A stretch of 52,655 nt of DNA from Candidatus Aminicenantes bacterium. Its GTDB lineage: Bacteria > Acidobacteriota > Aminicenantia > Aminicenantales > Aminicenantaceae. The notes under the pieces were generated by a model. It saw nothing but the letters and a program-made list of their open reading frames with translations. It ran no database searches and was not told the origin of the DNA. Below are positions 1-9,343 of the stretch, one piece after another. Each line of letters starts with the position of its first letter. The stretch's first letter is position 1. The stretch spans positions 1-52,655 of the forward strand of contig QMPV01000003.1 in assembly GCA_003648765.1 (NCBI GenBank), in the 5' to 3' direction. A program made the position numbers and the translations under genes.

Positions 1-1778
1 GAAGAGTAGTGGGCTGCTTGGAGGCTGGCCCGGTGGAGGGAGGCTGACATGGAACCGATATTTTTAATCATGGCCTCAATCCGACCTGAGGAAGCCCAGG
101 CCTGTCGGTTGAAACCTGCGTACCAGACCGGAGCCACAGCCCGGTCGTCTTGGATAATCAGAGGAAGTTTCTTTAATATTTTTTTAGCTTCCCCGAAGAG
201 GATGGCCATCACGAGATAGCGATCCCAGAGCTTATAGGCTTCCGGGGGTGTTTCCGGAAAATTGGAAAAATCCTCCAGAAAGTGCCGCAGAGCCCGCCAG
301 TATTCATTTTCCCGAGCCCATTGGTAAGCCCGGCGTTTAATTCGAGGGGAAAGGATTAAGGCCAGAACAAAAACCACGGGATTGAGAGTCAGGATAGCCG
401 CTACTATGGAAATGGCCAAAAAGCGATTTTTTATTTTTCGACTCCGGGGTTCAATAAAGCCTAATTGACGGGCCCGCAAATCGATTTTCTTCTGCCATTT
501 TTGAAACCACTGCTGGAACTTTTGGGGATGTTTTTTCAAGTATTTTTTTAGCTGAGCCAGAGTAACGGTTGAGCCAGGATGGCCTCCCGGCCCAGCTTCA
601 TTAAACACGAGGCGGAGAACATCCTTTTCAAAGCTTTCCAGGTCGGCTGCCTGATAATAATTCCGCTGAAGAATAAGGGAAGTTTTGGTTTTTCTTTTAG
701 GGCCAAAAAGCCCCTCGCTTGTCACTTGAGTGTCTTCGATGGTCACCCAACCGCGACGGGCCAAGTCAAAAAGGGTGGCTGTAAAAGAATTAGTGGTGAC
801 TAACCCTCCTTCTCTCATAAGGACCTCCACCAGCGCTGGGGGCAGGTCAGAGGGTGGCTCACGCCAGTATTCCGGGATATCATCAAACTGGTATTCACGG
901 CCTTCTTTTTTCCAGATTTTTAGATAAATGATTACCCAAATTATTGTTCCCAGGATAAGTAGTGCTCCCCAAATAAAAAACAGTCGTTTTCTTCGGGCCC
1001 GGACTTGCTGAAGCTTTTGTTGTTTTTCTTTAAGGCGGGCGATGGTTTCCCGGACGAAGCGTTCTTCTTCGGCCTTAATAGAGGCTAGGGTCTGGCGATT
1101 GGAGGGAATTCCCTGAACTAGTCCAGCCGGCCAGATGACCCTGATTTCAACAAATTGATAAGCTGGGATGTGGCTGGCGGTAAAGCGGGCTGTCTGTAAG
1201 TCGACAATTTCCGCCTGCCCGGAAAGGGGGCCGTGGCCGTAGACCAAGAGGTCTTCCCGCCGTTTGACCGGCCGGGGAAGATGGACCTTAACCTCCAGAG
1301 AAGCGGTGGGTTTATCCCATCCCGAGCCGATGACCTGCCAGTAAAGTTCCGAAACGTCAGGATAACTGAAAATTCCGCCTTCAACCAGATAGGAAAAATG
1401 GAAGGTCCGGCGTTCGTCGGCGGCCTGGTAATACCATTTCGCCTCAAACCGGTCGCCGGTTATCTTTTTTTCCACCGGCAAAGGTTGCCCTTGTTCATCG
1501 GTGACCCGGAAATTCTTGATCTGGAGGGTATAACTGTAACCTTGACGCGAGACCCGCAACGGAATCCAGCGGCTGGCCCAGGAGAAAGTCCCTTCAAAAT
1601 CATAAGTTCGAGCCTCCTCCACCTGAAACGAGCCATCTTCGTGGATGAAGATTTCTATTTTTACTTGGGGGAAGTAGAAATTTTTAGCCGGCAGAGGTCC
1701 GGCTAAAAAAACCGCCAGAAAAAGAGTGGTCAGGATTAAGAGTTTAAACAGTTGACTCTGTAATGATTTGGTTTTCAT
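1..1778 (-). CDS. DUF2207-type membrane protein (start complete; C-terminus runs off the left window edge)
   Basis: Absent from the supplied ORF track because it is edge-truncated. Reading the reverse complement from the ATG at 1778-1776 is open down to base 3: MKTKSLQSQLFKLLILTTLFLAVFLAGPLPAKNFYFPQVKIEIFIHEDGSFQVEEARTYDFEGTFSWASRWIPL... It has a signal peptide, a long extracytoplasmic part, a TM segment LFFIWGALLILGTIIWVIIYL, then EYWREPPSDLPPALVEVL and further TM segments. I associate this architecture with DUF2207/YciQ-like proteins. Track ORFs 579-1706 lie inside it in other frames or on the other strand. Confidence 0.8.
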   Translation of the reverse strand, partial: MKTKSLQSQLFKLLILTTLFLAVFLAGPLPAKNFYFPQVKIEIFIHEDGSFQVEEARTYDFEGTFSWASRWIPLRVSRQGYSYTLQIKNFRVTDEQGQPLPVEKKITGDRFEAKWYYQAADERRTFHFSYLVEGGIFSYPDVSELYWQVIGSGWDKPTASLEVKVHLPRPVKRREDLLVYGHGPLSGQAEIVDLQTARFTASHIPAYQFVEIRVIWPAGLVQGIPSNRQTLASIKAEEERFVRETIARLKEKQQKLQQVRARRKRLFFIWGALLILGTIIWVIIYLKIWKKEGREYQFDDIPEYWREPPSDLPPALVEVLMREGGLVTTNSFTATLFDLARRGWVTIEDTQVTSEGLFGPKRKTKTSLILQRNYYQAADLESFEKDVLRLVFNEAGPGGHPGSTVTLAQLKKYLKKHPQKFQQWFQKWQKKIDLRARQLGFIEPRSRKIKNRFLAISIVAAILTLNPVVFVLALILSPRIKRRAYQWARENEYWRALRHFLEDFSNFPETPPEAYKLWDRYLVMAILFGEAKKILKKLPLIIQDDRAVAPVWYAGFNRQAWASSGRIEAMIKNIGSMSASLHRASLQAAHYS

Positions 1779-2037
1779 CACTCTGAGTTATGTGTTTTGA
1801 GTTTATCAGAAATAGGGAAGAATTTCTATTTATATCTGGATGGAGTCGGTTTTCTGTTCCAGAGTAATAATGAGGGCCTGATCTCTGCTCAACCACCTCT
1901 AGGTATCCATTATTGCCATGAACCCGTCTTCTCAGGGCGCTTTGAGACCTGTAATATCTGACCAGGGTGCGGGAAAGCCAAGGTTTTTAGGCTGAAACCC
2001 GGCCGATGAAGACAATTAGGGGAGGTTAAACCAAACA

Positions 2038-2066
2038 TTGACATTAAAGAGGGATAAAGTGAGAAT
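2038..2066 (+). promoter_or_regulatory. candidate sigma70-type promoter for the 2129 gene
   Basis: TTGACA (2038-2043), a 17-nt spacer, then GAGAAT (2061-2066), about 60 nt upstream of the start codon. Motif match only. Confidence 0.3.
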
Positions 2067-2128
2067 TAGGTCTTGATGCCCACGTTTCAGCCTAGTCATA
2101 TTCCGGGTCAAAAGAAAGGAGGTCGGTT

Positions 2129-3190
2129 ATGGTCATTAAATCCCGTATTAGGGTGATGCCTTTAATTTGGCTATTGGTTTTAGGATTGTGGTTGACAATA
2201 TCACCAAAATTGGCAATATCGTCAACTTTAAATCAAGCCGGACCCGCTGAAGAAGAGGGCTTGCCCCGCCTGGCCCGATTGAAAGCTCAGCTTGAAGAAG
2301 TGATTAAGACTATTCAGGGGGAAGTCGGGGTTGCGGTGAAGTATTTAAAGACGGGCGAAGAATTGAATATTAACGGCGAGACTTCTTTTCCCATGGCCAG
2401 TGTGTTTAAAGTGCCTATCCTGGTGGAAGTCATGGCCCAGATAAAAGAGGGCCGGTTCTCACTCGACGATGAAATCAGCCTGCAACCGGCTGACCTTCAT
2501 CTGGGCAGCGGTCTCCTCAATGACCTGGAGGCGCCGGGGATTAAACTTTCAGTCCGCAATCTTATCTATTTAATGATGCTCATTTCCGATAATTCCGCTA
2601 CCGATATTTTGTTAACCAAGGTCGGACCTGACAAAGTTAATCAGCGACTCCGCTCTCTCGGGATAGATGGGATCACCGTTAATCGAACCTGTCAACATCT
2701 CATTCTGGATTACCTGGGACAGGATTACCGCCACTTCCAGGGACTCTCTCTCGATGAAGTAGTCCAGCGCTTAAAAGAAGCTCGCCAGACGAATCCCGAG
2801 GCCGTCGAGCAGGCCAGACGTCAATTTGCCCGGATTCCCCAAGACCAAAGTACGCCCTTGGCTATGGCCCGGCTCCTGGAGTTAATTTTTACCAAACAGA
2901 TTCTGGACGAACCCAGTTGTGATTTTATTATTAAAGTCATGTTGCGGTGTCAGACGGGTGAAAGACGCCTTAGAGGAGACCTCCCGGCCAGTGTCCAAGT
3001 GGCCCATAAAACGGGCACCATCGGGGGCACCGTCAATGACGCCGGCGTGATCTTTTTGCCTTATAATCAAGGCCGTGTGGTTATTGTGGTTTTCACCAAA
3101 GGAACCGATGACGAGAAGACTGAAGATGTGGAAAGGGTCATCGCCCAGATTGCCCGCTTTGTTTATGATTACTTTCTCTTCGGAGAATAG
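2129..3190 (+). CDS. exported class A beta-lactamase-like serine hydrolase
   Basis: AAGGAGG lies 6 nt upstream of the ATG. N-terminal signal/TM (PLIWLLVLGLWLTISP). Ordered motifs are S-V-F-K (aa 91-94), S-D-N (aa 153-155) and K-T-G (aa 294-296). Confidence 0.85.
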   Translation: MVIKSRIRVMPLIWLLVLGLWLTISPKLAISSTLNQAGPAEEEGLPRLARLKAQLEEVIKTIQGEVGVAVKYLKTGEELNINGETSFPMASVFKVPILVEVMAQIKEGRFSLDDEISLQPADLHLGSGLLNDLEAPGIKLSVRNLIYLMMLISDNSATDILLTKVGPDKVNQRLRSLGIDGITVNRTCQHLILDYLGQDYRHFQGLSLDEVVQRLKEARQTNPEAVEQARRQFARIPQDQSTPLAMARLLELIFTKQILDEPSCDFIIKVMLRCQTGERRLRGDLPASVQVAHKTGTIGGTVNDAGVIFLPYNQGRVVIVVFTKGTDDEKTEDVERVIAQIARFVYDYFLFGE

Positions 3191-3273
3191 TTCCCATTTC
3201 CCCAAGTCTTCTAGCGCTTTGGCTAGCAGAATGAACGAGGCCCTTTTCTCTTGGGGGGAAGGGTCCCAGTTTC

Positions 3274-3291
3274 ACCCCTTCGGGGGGTTTT
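3274..3291 (+). terminator. weak candidate intrinsic terminator after the serine hydrolase gene
   Basis: ACCCC-TTCG-GGGGG short GC stem with a TTCG loop, followed by TTTT (3288-3291). The stem is only 4-5 bp. Confidence 0.3.
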
Positions 3292-3373
3292 CCGGCGGCC
3301 TTAATGATTAAATAGCTCCAGAATATCAACAGGATTTTATCCGAGTTACAGTCGGCCAGAGGAGAGAGCTTCC

Positions 3374-3466
3374 ATGAGTTGCAGTGTAGCCAGCCGTAAA
3401 GGAGGCCCCGAGAAAACCACCGTGGCCCTCAGTCTGGCCTTCAACTTAAAAGAAGAAGCTGTTTAA
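3374..3466 (+). pseudogene. 30-codon remnant resembling the N-terminal Walker-A region of a ParA/MinD-type ATPase
   Basis: ATG at 3374 to TAA at 3464-3466 encodes MSCSVASRKGGPEKTTVALSLAFNLKEEAV. The stretch ASRKGGPEKTTVALSLA resembles the deviant Walker A (KGGxGKTT) with the second Gly-Lys degraded to Pro-Glu. The ORF stops after 30 codons. Confidence 0.3.
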
Positions 3467-3551
3467 GAAAAGTATTATTTAGAGAAATCTTTTAAAAATA
3501 GTTGAGTTCCTTTATGATGAAGTTATAAGGAAAGTAAAGGAGTTGAGTCAA

Positions 3552-5228
3552 ATGAGGCTGAAGAAAAAGCAAAAAGTTTCAATTGGGGTGATGTTAGCCG
3601 TGGTGGCTCTTTTCCTGGCAGGCTGGTGGCTGGCCTGTGGTCCAGGAGAAAAGCCTCTTTCGCAGACATCACGACTCCGCTTCGAGCTAAGTTTCAGCTC
3701 AGCGGTTCATCCGGAGCCCATTACCGGCCGGGTCTTTGTCATGATTACTCGGGATAAAACCAGTGAACCCCGTCTCCAAGCCGGGATGTGGCACCGGTGT
3801 TGTCCTTTTTTTGGAAAAGATGTCGACCATCTTCGTCCGGAAGAGAAAGTTATTATTGACGAACAAACTCTTGGTTATCCGCCCCGGAGTCTGGCCGATA
3901 TTCCGGCCGGAGATTATTATGTTCAGGCGTTGCTTAATGTTTATACCGAATTTCACCGGGCGGATGGCCATACCATCTGGGCTCATATGGACCAGTGGGA
4001 AGGTCAGCAGTTCAATCGGTCCCCGGGAAATTTATATAGTGAAGTTCAGAAGGTCCATCTTGACCCGGCTAAAGGTTACACCATCTCTTTAGTTATGGAT
4101 AAAGTAATTCCGCCCATAAAGGTCCCTGAAGATACCCAATGGGTCAAAAGAATCAAGATCCAGAGTAAAATTCTCAGCGAGTTTTGGGGTCAGCCGATTT
4201 ATCTGGGAGCTACGATTCTTTTGCCCAAAGGCTACGAAAGCCACCCGGAAGTTTATTATCCGGTTCACTATATTCAAGGTCATTTTTCCCTACGGCCGCC
4301 TTATGGATTTCGGGAAGGAAGCAAATTTTATAAGGTCTGGACTGCACCTGATTTTCCCCGGATGATCTTGGTTACTTTTCAGCACCCAACGCCTTATTTT
4401 GATGATTCATACGCTGTCAACTCAGCTAATTGTGGTCCTTACGGGGATGCCCTCCTCAAAGAATTAATCCCTTATATCGAGGAAAATTTTCGCGTCATCC
4501 GGAAGCCGTACGCCCGGGTTCTCTCGGGAGGTTCCACCGGAGGCTGGGAGTCTTTGGCTCTCCAGATTTTTCATCCAGAATTTTTCGGTGGAACCTGGAG
4601 TTTTTTCCCTGACCCGGTGGATTTCCGCTATTACGGGCTGGTCAATATTTATGAGGATAACAATGCTTTCACCAAACCCTTTGGCTGGCTGACTTTGGAA
4701 CGACCTTTAATGCGTGATGTCCATGGTCAGGTGATTGTCACTATGCGCCAAATGAGTCAATTGGAGGCGGTTCTCGGCTCTAAAGGTCGCTCCGGCCAAC
4801 AATTGGATGCCTGGCAAGCGGTTTACGGACCTGTGGGGGAGGATGGCTATCCTCAGCCTCTATGGGATAAGCTTACCGGGCAGATCAATCGTGAAGTGGC
4901 CCGATACATGGGGGAAAGATATGATTTAAGGGCCTATTTGCAAAAGAATTGGCCCCAGATTGGTCCCTCGTTAGTAGGTAAGATTCATGTCTATTGCGGG
5001 GATATGGATCATTTTTACCTTAATGAGGCTGTCTATGAACTAGAGGATTTTCTGGAAAAAACCACCGCTCCGTATTACGCTGGCAGCTTTGCCTACGGCC
5101 GGCCCCGCCAGGGCCATGGCTGGAACCCCTTCGGGTATGGCACCGGAGAGCTGGAGCGGGCGATGGCCAAACATATCCTTAAGCACGCTCCTCCAGGGGA
5201 GGATACATCAGCCTGGAGATATAAGTAG
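3552..5228 (+). CDS. exported alpha/beta-hydrolase, putative esterase family
   Basis: The track ORF starts at TTG 3543. The ATG at 3552 lies 9 nt after AAGGAG and is preferred. N-terminal TM/signal (VSIGVMLAVVALFLAGWWLA). GxSxG nucleophile elbow in RVLSGGSTGGWESLAL. Overall it resembles putative-esterase/enterochelin-esterase-like hydrolases. Confidence 0.75.
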   Translation: MRLKKKQKVSIGVMLAVVALFLAGWWLACGPGEKPLSQTSRLRFELSFSSAVHPEPITGRVFVMITRDKTSEPRLQAGMWHRCCPFFGKDVDHLRPEEKVIIDEQTLGYPPRSLADIPAGDYYVQALLNVYTEFHRADGHTIWAHMDQWEGQQFNRSPGNLYSEVQKVHLDPAKGYTISLVMDKVIPPIKVPEDTQWVKRIKIQSKILSEFWGQPIYLGATILLPKGYESHPEVYYPVHYIQGHFSLRPPYGFREGSKFYKVWTAPDFPRMILVTFQHPTPYFDDSYAVNSANCGPYGDALLKELIPYIEENFRVIRKPYARVLSGGSTGGWESLALQIFHPEFFGGTWSFFPDPVDFRYYGLVNIYEDNNAFTKPFGWLTLERPLMRDVHGQVIVTMRQMSQLEAVLGSKGRSGQQLDAWQAVYGPVGEDGYPQPLWDKLTGQINREVARYMGERYDLRAYLQKNWPQIGPSLVGKIHVYCGDMDHFYLNEAVYELEDFLEKTTAPYYAGSFAYGRPRQGHGWNPFGYGTGELERAMAKHILKHAPPGEDTSAWRYK

Positions 5229-5268
5229 ATGACAGAGGGGGTGGGTAACTAGTTAGGGAGGTGAACTG

Positions 5269-5898
5269 ATGAAGGCTGGGATGGGCCGGATATGGCTCTT
5301 ATCTTTGTTTCTCTTTTGGCTGAGCCCTTTACTTCTTGTAGCTCAACAGGGAAGATTTGGTCTCCATGGAACCCTTGGCTATGCCGTTCCCCAAACAGAG
5401 ACCATTGGAGGGGGCGTTCTCTCCAGTGTGGGCTTTGACTTGAAGTTAAAATATGGTTGGCGGCTGTGTTTTGATTTTGCTCTTAGTCAGCATCACGTGG
5501 AGGATAACCCTCAGGGCCTAAGGGAAGGAAATTTGACTTTGACCCCGTTCTGGGGAATTTTGCAATATCATTTTTTTCCCCGAGGAGCATTTTCTCCTTA
5601 TTTGCTTGGCGGCGCGGGTTACATTTTTAGTCGATTCCAGCTCCAGCAGTTGATTACCATTCCTGAAGTTTCTTTTTCTCAGAAAGTGGAAGATGGCTGG
5701 GCTTGGTTGGGAGGAGCAGGCTTGGAAATTAGGCTCAACAGAGAAAAACTATCTTTTTTTGGTGAGGCTGTTTACATGTCGCGACAGACCACGGGCACGA
5801 CCATTATCGATGATCTTAATTTAGGTCGGCGTGAGAAAACCTTTGATGTGGATCTTAAAGCTTGGCAGATTCATCTCGGGTTGCGGTATTTTTATTAA
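5269..5898 (+). CDS. small outer-membrane beta-barrel protein (OmpW/OMP_b-brl-like)
   Basis: Signal peptide MKAGMGRIWLLSLFLFWLSPLLLVAQQ. Alternating amphipathic strands with Gly/aromatic girdles. C-terminus ...HLGLRYFY ends in aromatic residues, as in OM barrels. It lies 40 nt after the esterase gene. Confidence 0.7.
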   Translation: MKAGMGRIWLLSLFLFWLSPLLLVAQQGRFGLHGTLGYAVPQTETIGGGVLSSVGFDLKLKYGWRLCFDFALSQHHVEDNPQGLREGNLTLTPFWGILQYHFFPRGAFSPYLLGGAGYIFSRFQLQQLITIPEVSFSQKVEDGWAWLGGAGLEIRLNREKLSFFGEAVYMSRQTTGTTIIDDLNLGRREKTFDVDLKAWQIHLGLRYFY

Positions 5899-6247
5899 GC
5901 CGAAAGAGTTATCTCCAGTAAACCTCCCCCCAGGGCTATTTAAAGTATAATTGCTGGGGGAACCTCCTCCAAGTCAGTCCTTACCAAAGCGGTTCCCTTT
6001 AGAGACTCTCCTCGTTATGTCAGTTATACCCCATCTTCAGAGGAACATTTTTTTCTTTATTTTCGGGGGCTGTTTATAATTTCATCACCAGCCCACCTTG
6101 AATTAGAGAACCACAGCCAGGCATTTAGAAGAATTTATAATTAACCTGCCTGAGTGAGCCTTTCTCGGCCCAGAATAAGAATTGTTCGTAATAGAATTTC
6201 CAGGCAACCTCTTTTGGAAATTTAAGAAGAGAGTAATTTTTAGGCCA

Positions 6248-7300
6248 TCATTTTGCCCAGTGGGGAAAAAGGTCGGCTCCTGGAGTATCCAGAAGGAGGC
6301 TCACCCGACCGGTTTGAACTTCAACCACATAGAGGGCCCACTGACCGCTGAGGTCATCTCCATAATGGTCGACTAAACTGAAGACAATAAATTTGTCGTC
6401 TGGGGACCAGGCGGGAAAGTATTCGTAAGTTTCATCGAGTTTTGTCAATCGATGTTTGTTGGTTCCGTCGGGATTCATCAGCCAGATGTCTGCTTTGTGG
6501 TCGGCTTCGGCGGAGACATAAGCCAATTTCCGGCCATCATGAGAGAAATGAGGACGGCAGCTTTGGCCACCTTCGGTCAGAAAGCGACTTTCTCTCGTTT
6601 TGAGATTAAAAAGAGCTGCATCCCAACCCCGCCTTCTTTTTCCAGTAAAGGCCAGTAAGGGAGCGGTGGGGCATAGGTCGGGAATGCCATGTGATGCTTT
6701 AAATTCAGGGATAAACCGCCGGCTGCGGCGAGTTTTTAAATCGATGATTTTCATCCAGAAGCGGCGAATAAAGCCGCGTTTTCTATAGACTGTATAGACA
6801 ATGGCCTGACCCTCTGGAGTCCAGGCATGGCCGGGGTGACCGATAGGATTTTGGAGTTCGTGGGTGACTTGAGTAATCTGAGAGCCATCAGCTCTCATGG
6901 TAAATATTTCAAATTTACCGCTTGGGTTGGCGGCGAAGGCGATTTTCTGGCCATCAGGTGACCATTTACCGCAGACATCGTCCCAGGTATTGTCAGTTAA
7001 TTTCTTGATTCCCTTTTTAGTGAGAAGATAGAGCTCGTAGTCGCCGTCAAAATCTGAGTGAAAAACAATCCTGCCCTCAAAAGGAACAGCGGGTTGGAGA
7101 GAGGACAACTTGGGAGGTGGCTTTCTCTCGGCCGAGGCAGAATTGTTGGTTCCCTGGCAACCTAGGATGAAAATAGTCGCTAGCCAGGCCAAGCCAATAG
7201 TAATTACCCTTAGGGAAGAAAGTGGCTGGCCTCTAAATCTATTGCGGAATTTTTTCAGACAGGCCAGAGTAGAGGCAAATGGACTACTTTTTTTTCTCAT
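6248..7300 (-). CDS. PD40/TolB-like beta-propeller repeat protein, exported
   Basis: Repeated PD40-type segments (DGQKIAFAANPSGKFEIFTMRADGSQITQVT; SHDGRKLAYVSAEADHKADIWLMNPDGTNKHRLT; SPDDKFIVFS). The start is moved to the ATG at 7300 (MRKKSSPF...), which precedes the signal/TM ITIGLAWLATIFILGC. The track start at 7381 adds 27 non-signal residues. Confidence 0.8.
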   Translation of the reverse strand: MRKKSSPFASTLACLKKFRNRFRGQPLSSLRVITIGLAWLATIFILGCQGTNNSASAERKPPPKLSSLQPAVPFEGRIVFHSDFDGDYELYLLTKKGIKKLTDNTWDDVCGKWSPDGQKIAFAANPSGKFEIFTMRADGSQITQVTHELQNPIGHPGHAWTPEGQAIVYTVYRKRGFIRRFWMKIIDLKTRRSRRFIPEFKASHGIPDLCPTAPLLAFTGKRRRGWDAALFNLKTRESRFLTEGGQSCRPHFSHDGRKLAYVSAEADHKADIWLMNPDGTNKHRLTKLDETYEYFPAWSPDDKFIVFSLVDHYGDDLSGQWALYVVEVQTGRVSLLLDTPGADLFPHWAK

Positions 7301-7520
7301 AGTTTTACCCTGATTTCCTTTGGGAAATTTTGGTGAGTCTATCATAGTTAATTGATTTAAAGCGAAACTGACACCTGACAATTGAGAAATTCATCAGCGC
7401 TTTTCTTTTCCTAGAATAGCACAGTTATCCTGGTAAGGGAAATTTGATTAAGGCTAAAAGTTGACTTATTTTTTACCAGAAATTACTCTGAAATATTAAT
7501 CCTGTTTTGAGAGTTAAGAA

Positions 7521-9335
7521 ATGGGGGAGAGGCGGTCTTTCGGGATGGAAGGGTCAAATTGGCGGCTACCGCCAGTCTTAATCGGCCTTTTTATTCTTTG
7601 TCTCTTTTATGAGATCCATGTTGCTTTCCAGCTCCCTCAGCTTTATGGCTGGCTACGTCTAATTTTCTATGCGGAGTTGCTAATTGTGGTGCTAGAGTTT
7701 GGTCGGGCCGCCCGCCAAGAGCCCTTACTCTGGCTTCTTCCCCTGGCTATTGTAGGCTGGAGGTTGCCTTTTCTTCTCCAAGCTAATGGCCTTCTTTTTA
7801 CTTCCGATAACGCTTTAGAAGCCCTCCAGTGTCTTCAAATTCAAGAAACGCATCAAGCTCCCTTCTTTTTGTTGAATGCGATTAATCATAACGGTCCTTT
7901 TGTGCATACCTTAGTCGCTTTTTTATGGGACATTACGGGTTCGAGTTACCTCACCTTTGTGTTAATGCAATTATTTATTTTTGGGGCTTTTCATGTGGTT
8001 CTTTACTATTGGCTCAAGAGGCACCTTAGCTCTGGTTCTCTTTGGTTGATTTTGGTCTTAAATTTCATTTTTTTGCCTGTTATTTTTGATTATTCTCTTT
8101 ATCTGCGAGCGGGACCTTATTTCCATGTTTTATTTTTCTTGATTCTAGGGCTAGCCCTTTTTGAGCCAGAACTTCCCTCGCTCTCTAACCTTTTTCTGTC
8201 TCTTTATTTTGTCTTTTTTGCTCTTTATATTAATCCCGCAGGTCTGTTTCTGGCGTTTGCGTTTTTAGTGGTCATAGTGATGCAAGCAGCTCGCCACAAG
8301 AAATGGCTACTGGCTCTTGGGTCTTTATCTCTGGCTGTGGTCACAGCTGGGTTCCCTTGGCTTTTAGCCTGGAGAAAGAGCCTAATTCCCCATGTTGACT
8401 ATGGAAAATGGTACAGCCTGGAATTCCTTCCTTTCAAAGACATTTTTTCTTGGCGTTTTTATGCTTATCTGTTAAAAGCTGTGGAGCAGAGCTACCGAGT
8501 TTTTGTCAATTTATTTCGCTTCGAATTGAATTATTTGATGAAATTCTATTCTCAATTTGGAGAAAAAGTCCCTTTATTTTCTGCTTTAAATACTGGATTA
8601 ATCTTAATTTCTCTAGGGGTTTTTGTCTCCGCCTGTTATTTTTTTGCCCGGATTATTTTAACTGATGTTCGTCAGCACTGTTTTTCACCTCTGGGTTGGT
8701 TGGCCTGGTTTTTTTTCCTTTTAGTCCTGGCCGAAATAGGCAAGAATTTGTTCCTTTTGCCTTCTCATTTGATAGAGCCCCGCCATCACTTGGACTTGGC
8801 TTTTCTTCTGATGATTAGTTATGGTTTTTTCTTGGACAGGATTTTGTCTATCAAAAAGTTTTTTTCTTTCAAATCATTGGGCGTGATTCTTCTCCTTTGC
8901 TTACTATCCTTGCCTCATCTTTTTTACTATTATCAGCATACTTGTTTTAAGCAACATTCTTATCAGCAGATTATCGGCTTTTTAGAAAAGCATCGGATTC
9001 GCTTTGTCACCACTGATTTTATTATTGCTTACCCGATTTATTTTTTGACTAAGAAAAAAGTTCTTGTTTCCAACTCGTTAGGCCCTTTAACAGTTCGTTT
9101 CTTTTTTCCAGACATGGATCGCCAGGTGGATGCCCTGCCGGCAGATGAAAAAGTTTATTTATTTTTCAGCAAGGATTATTATCGCGAGGATTGGCATCGG
9201 CACCTGACTGCTATGAAGAGAAAAGAGGTTATTGAAAGCCTGCGTCCAGCTGGCATCCCTTTTAGAATCATTAACTTGAAAAAGTATTTTCTTATTGTCC
9301 CCCTTAAATTGCTTAGAAAGCAACTCGCCTTTTAA
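7521..9335 (+). CDS. polytopic integral membrane protein, possibly a GT-C-fold (ArnT/PMT-like) glycosyltransferase
   Basis: 604-aa ORF with more than 10 hydrophobic helices over aa 1-470, followed by a soluble C-terminal domain of about 130 aa. No diagnostic motif recognised. The functional call is a guess from topology. Confidence 0.5.
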   Translation: MGERRSFGMEGSNWRLPPVLIGLFILCLFYEIHVAFQLPQLYGWLRLIFYAELLIVVLEFGRAARQEPLLWLLPLAIVGWRLPFLLQANGLLFTSDNALEALQCLQIQETHQAPFFLLNAINHNGPFVHTLVAFLWDITGSSYLTFVLMQLFIFGAFHVVLYYWLKRHLSSGSLWLILVLNFIFLPVIFDYSLYLRAGPYFHVLFFLILGLALFEPELPSLSNLFLSLYFVFFALYINPAGLFLAFAFLVVIVMQAARHKKWLLALGSLSLAVVTAGFPWLLAWRKSLIPHVDYGKWYSLEFLPFKDIFSWRFYAYLLKAVEQSYRVFVNLFRFELNYLMKFYSQFGEKVPLFSALNTGLILISLGVFVSACYFFARIILTDVRQHCFSPLGWLAWFFFLLVLAEIGKNLFLLPSHLIEPRHHLDLAFLLMISYGFFLDRILSIKKFFSFKSLGVILLLCLLSLPHLFYYYQHTCFKQHSYQQIIGFLEKHRIRFVTTDFIIAYPIYFLTKKKVLVSNSLGPLTVRFFFPDMDRQVDALPADEKVYLFFSKDYYREDWHRHLTAMKRKEVIESLRPAGIPFRIINLKKYFLIVPLKLLRKQLAF

Positions 9336-9343
9336 GAAAAGGC

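Noticed and set aside
579-1706. Track ORFs 579-803(+), 730-927(+), 1118-1447(-) and 1233-1706(+)
   Set aside because: All lie inside the long DUF2207-like minus-strand frame. Their compositions are Arg/Pro/Gly-biased, typical of off-frame translation, and they have no RBS.
1990-2092. 9-bp inverted repeat GGCTGAAAC / GTTTCAGCC flanking the candidate promoter of the 2129 gene
   Set aside because: The arms are about 85 nt apart with no supporting secondary structure or second copy. It is plausibly a chance match, so it is not reported as a feature.
5929-5968. Hairpin CCCCCAG...CTGGGGG after the OM barrel gene
   Set aside because: It has a 7-bp stem with a loop of about 20 nt and no U-tract, which is too weak to call a terminator.
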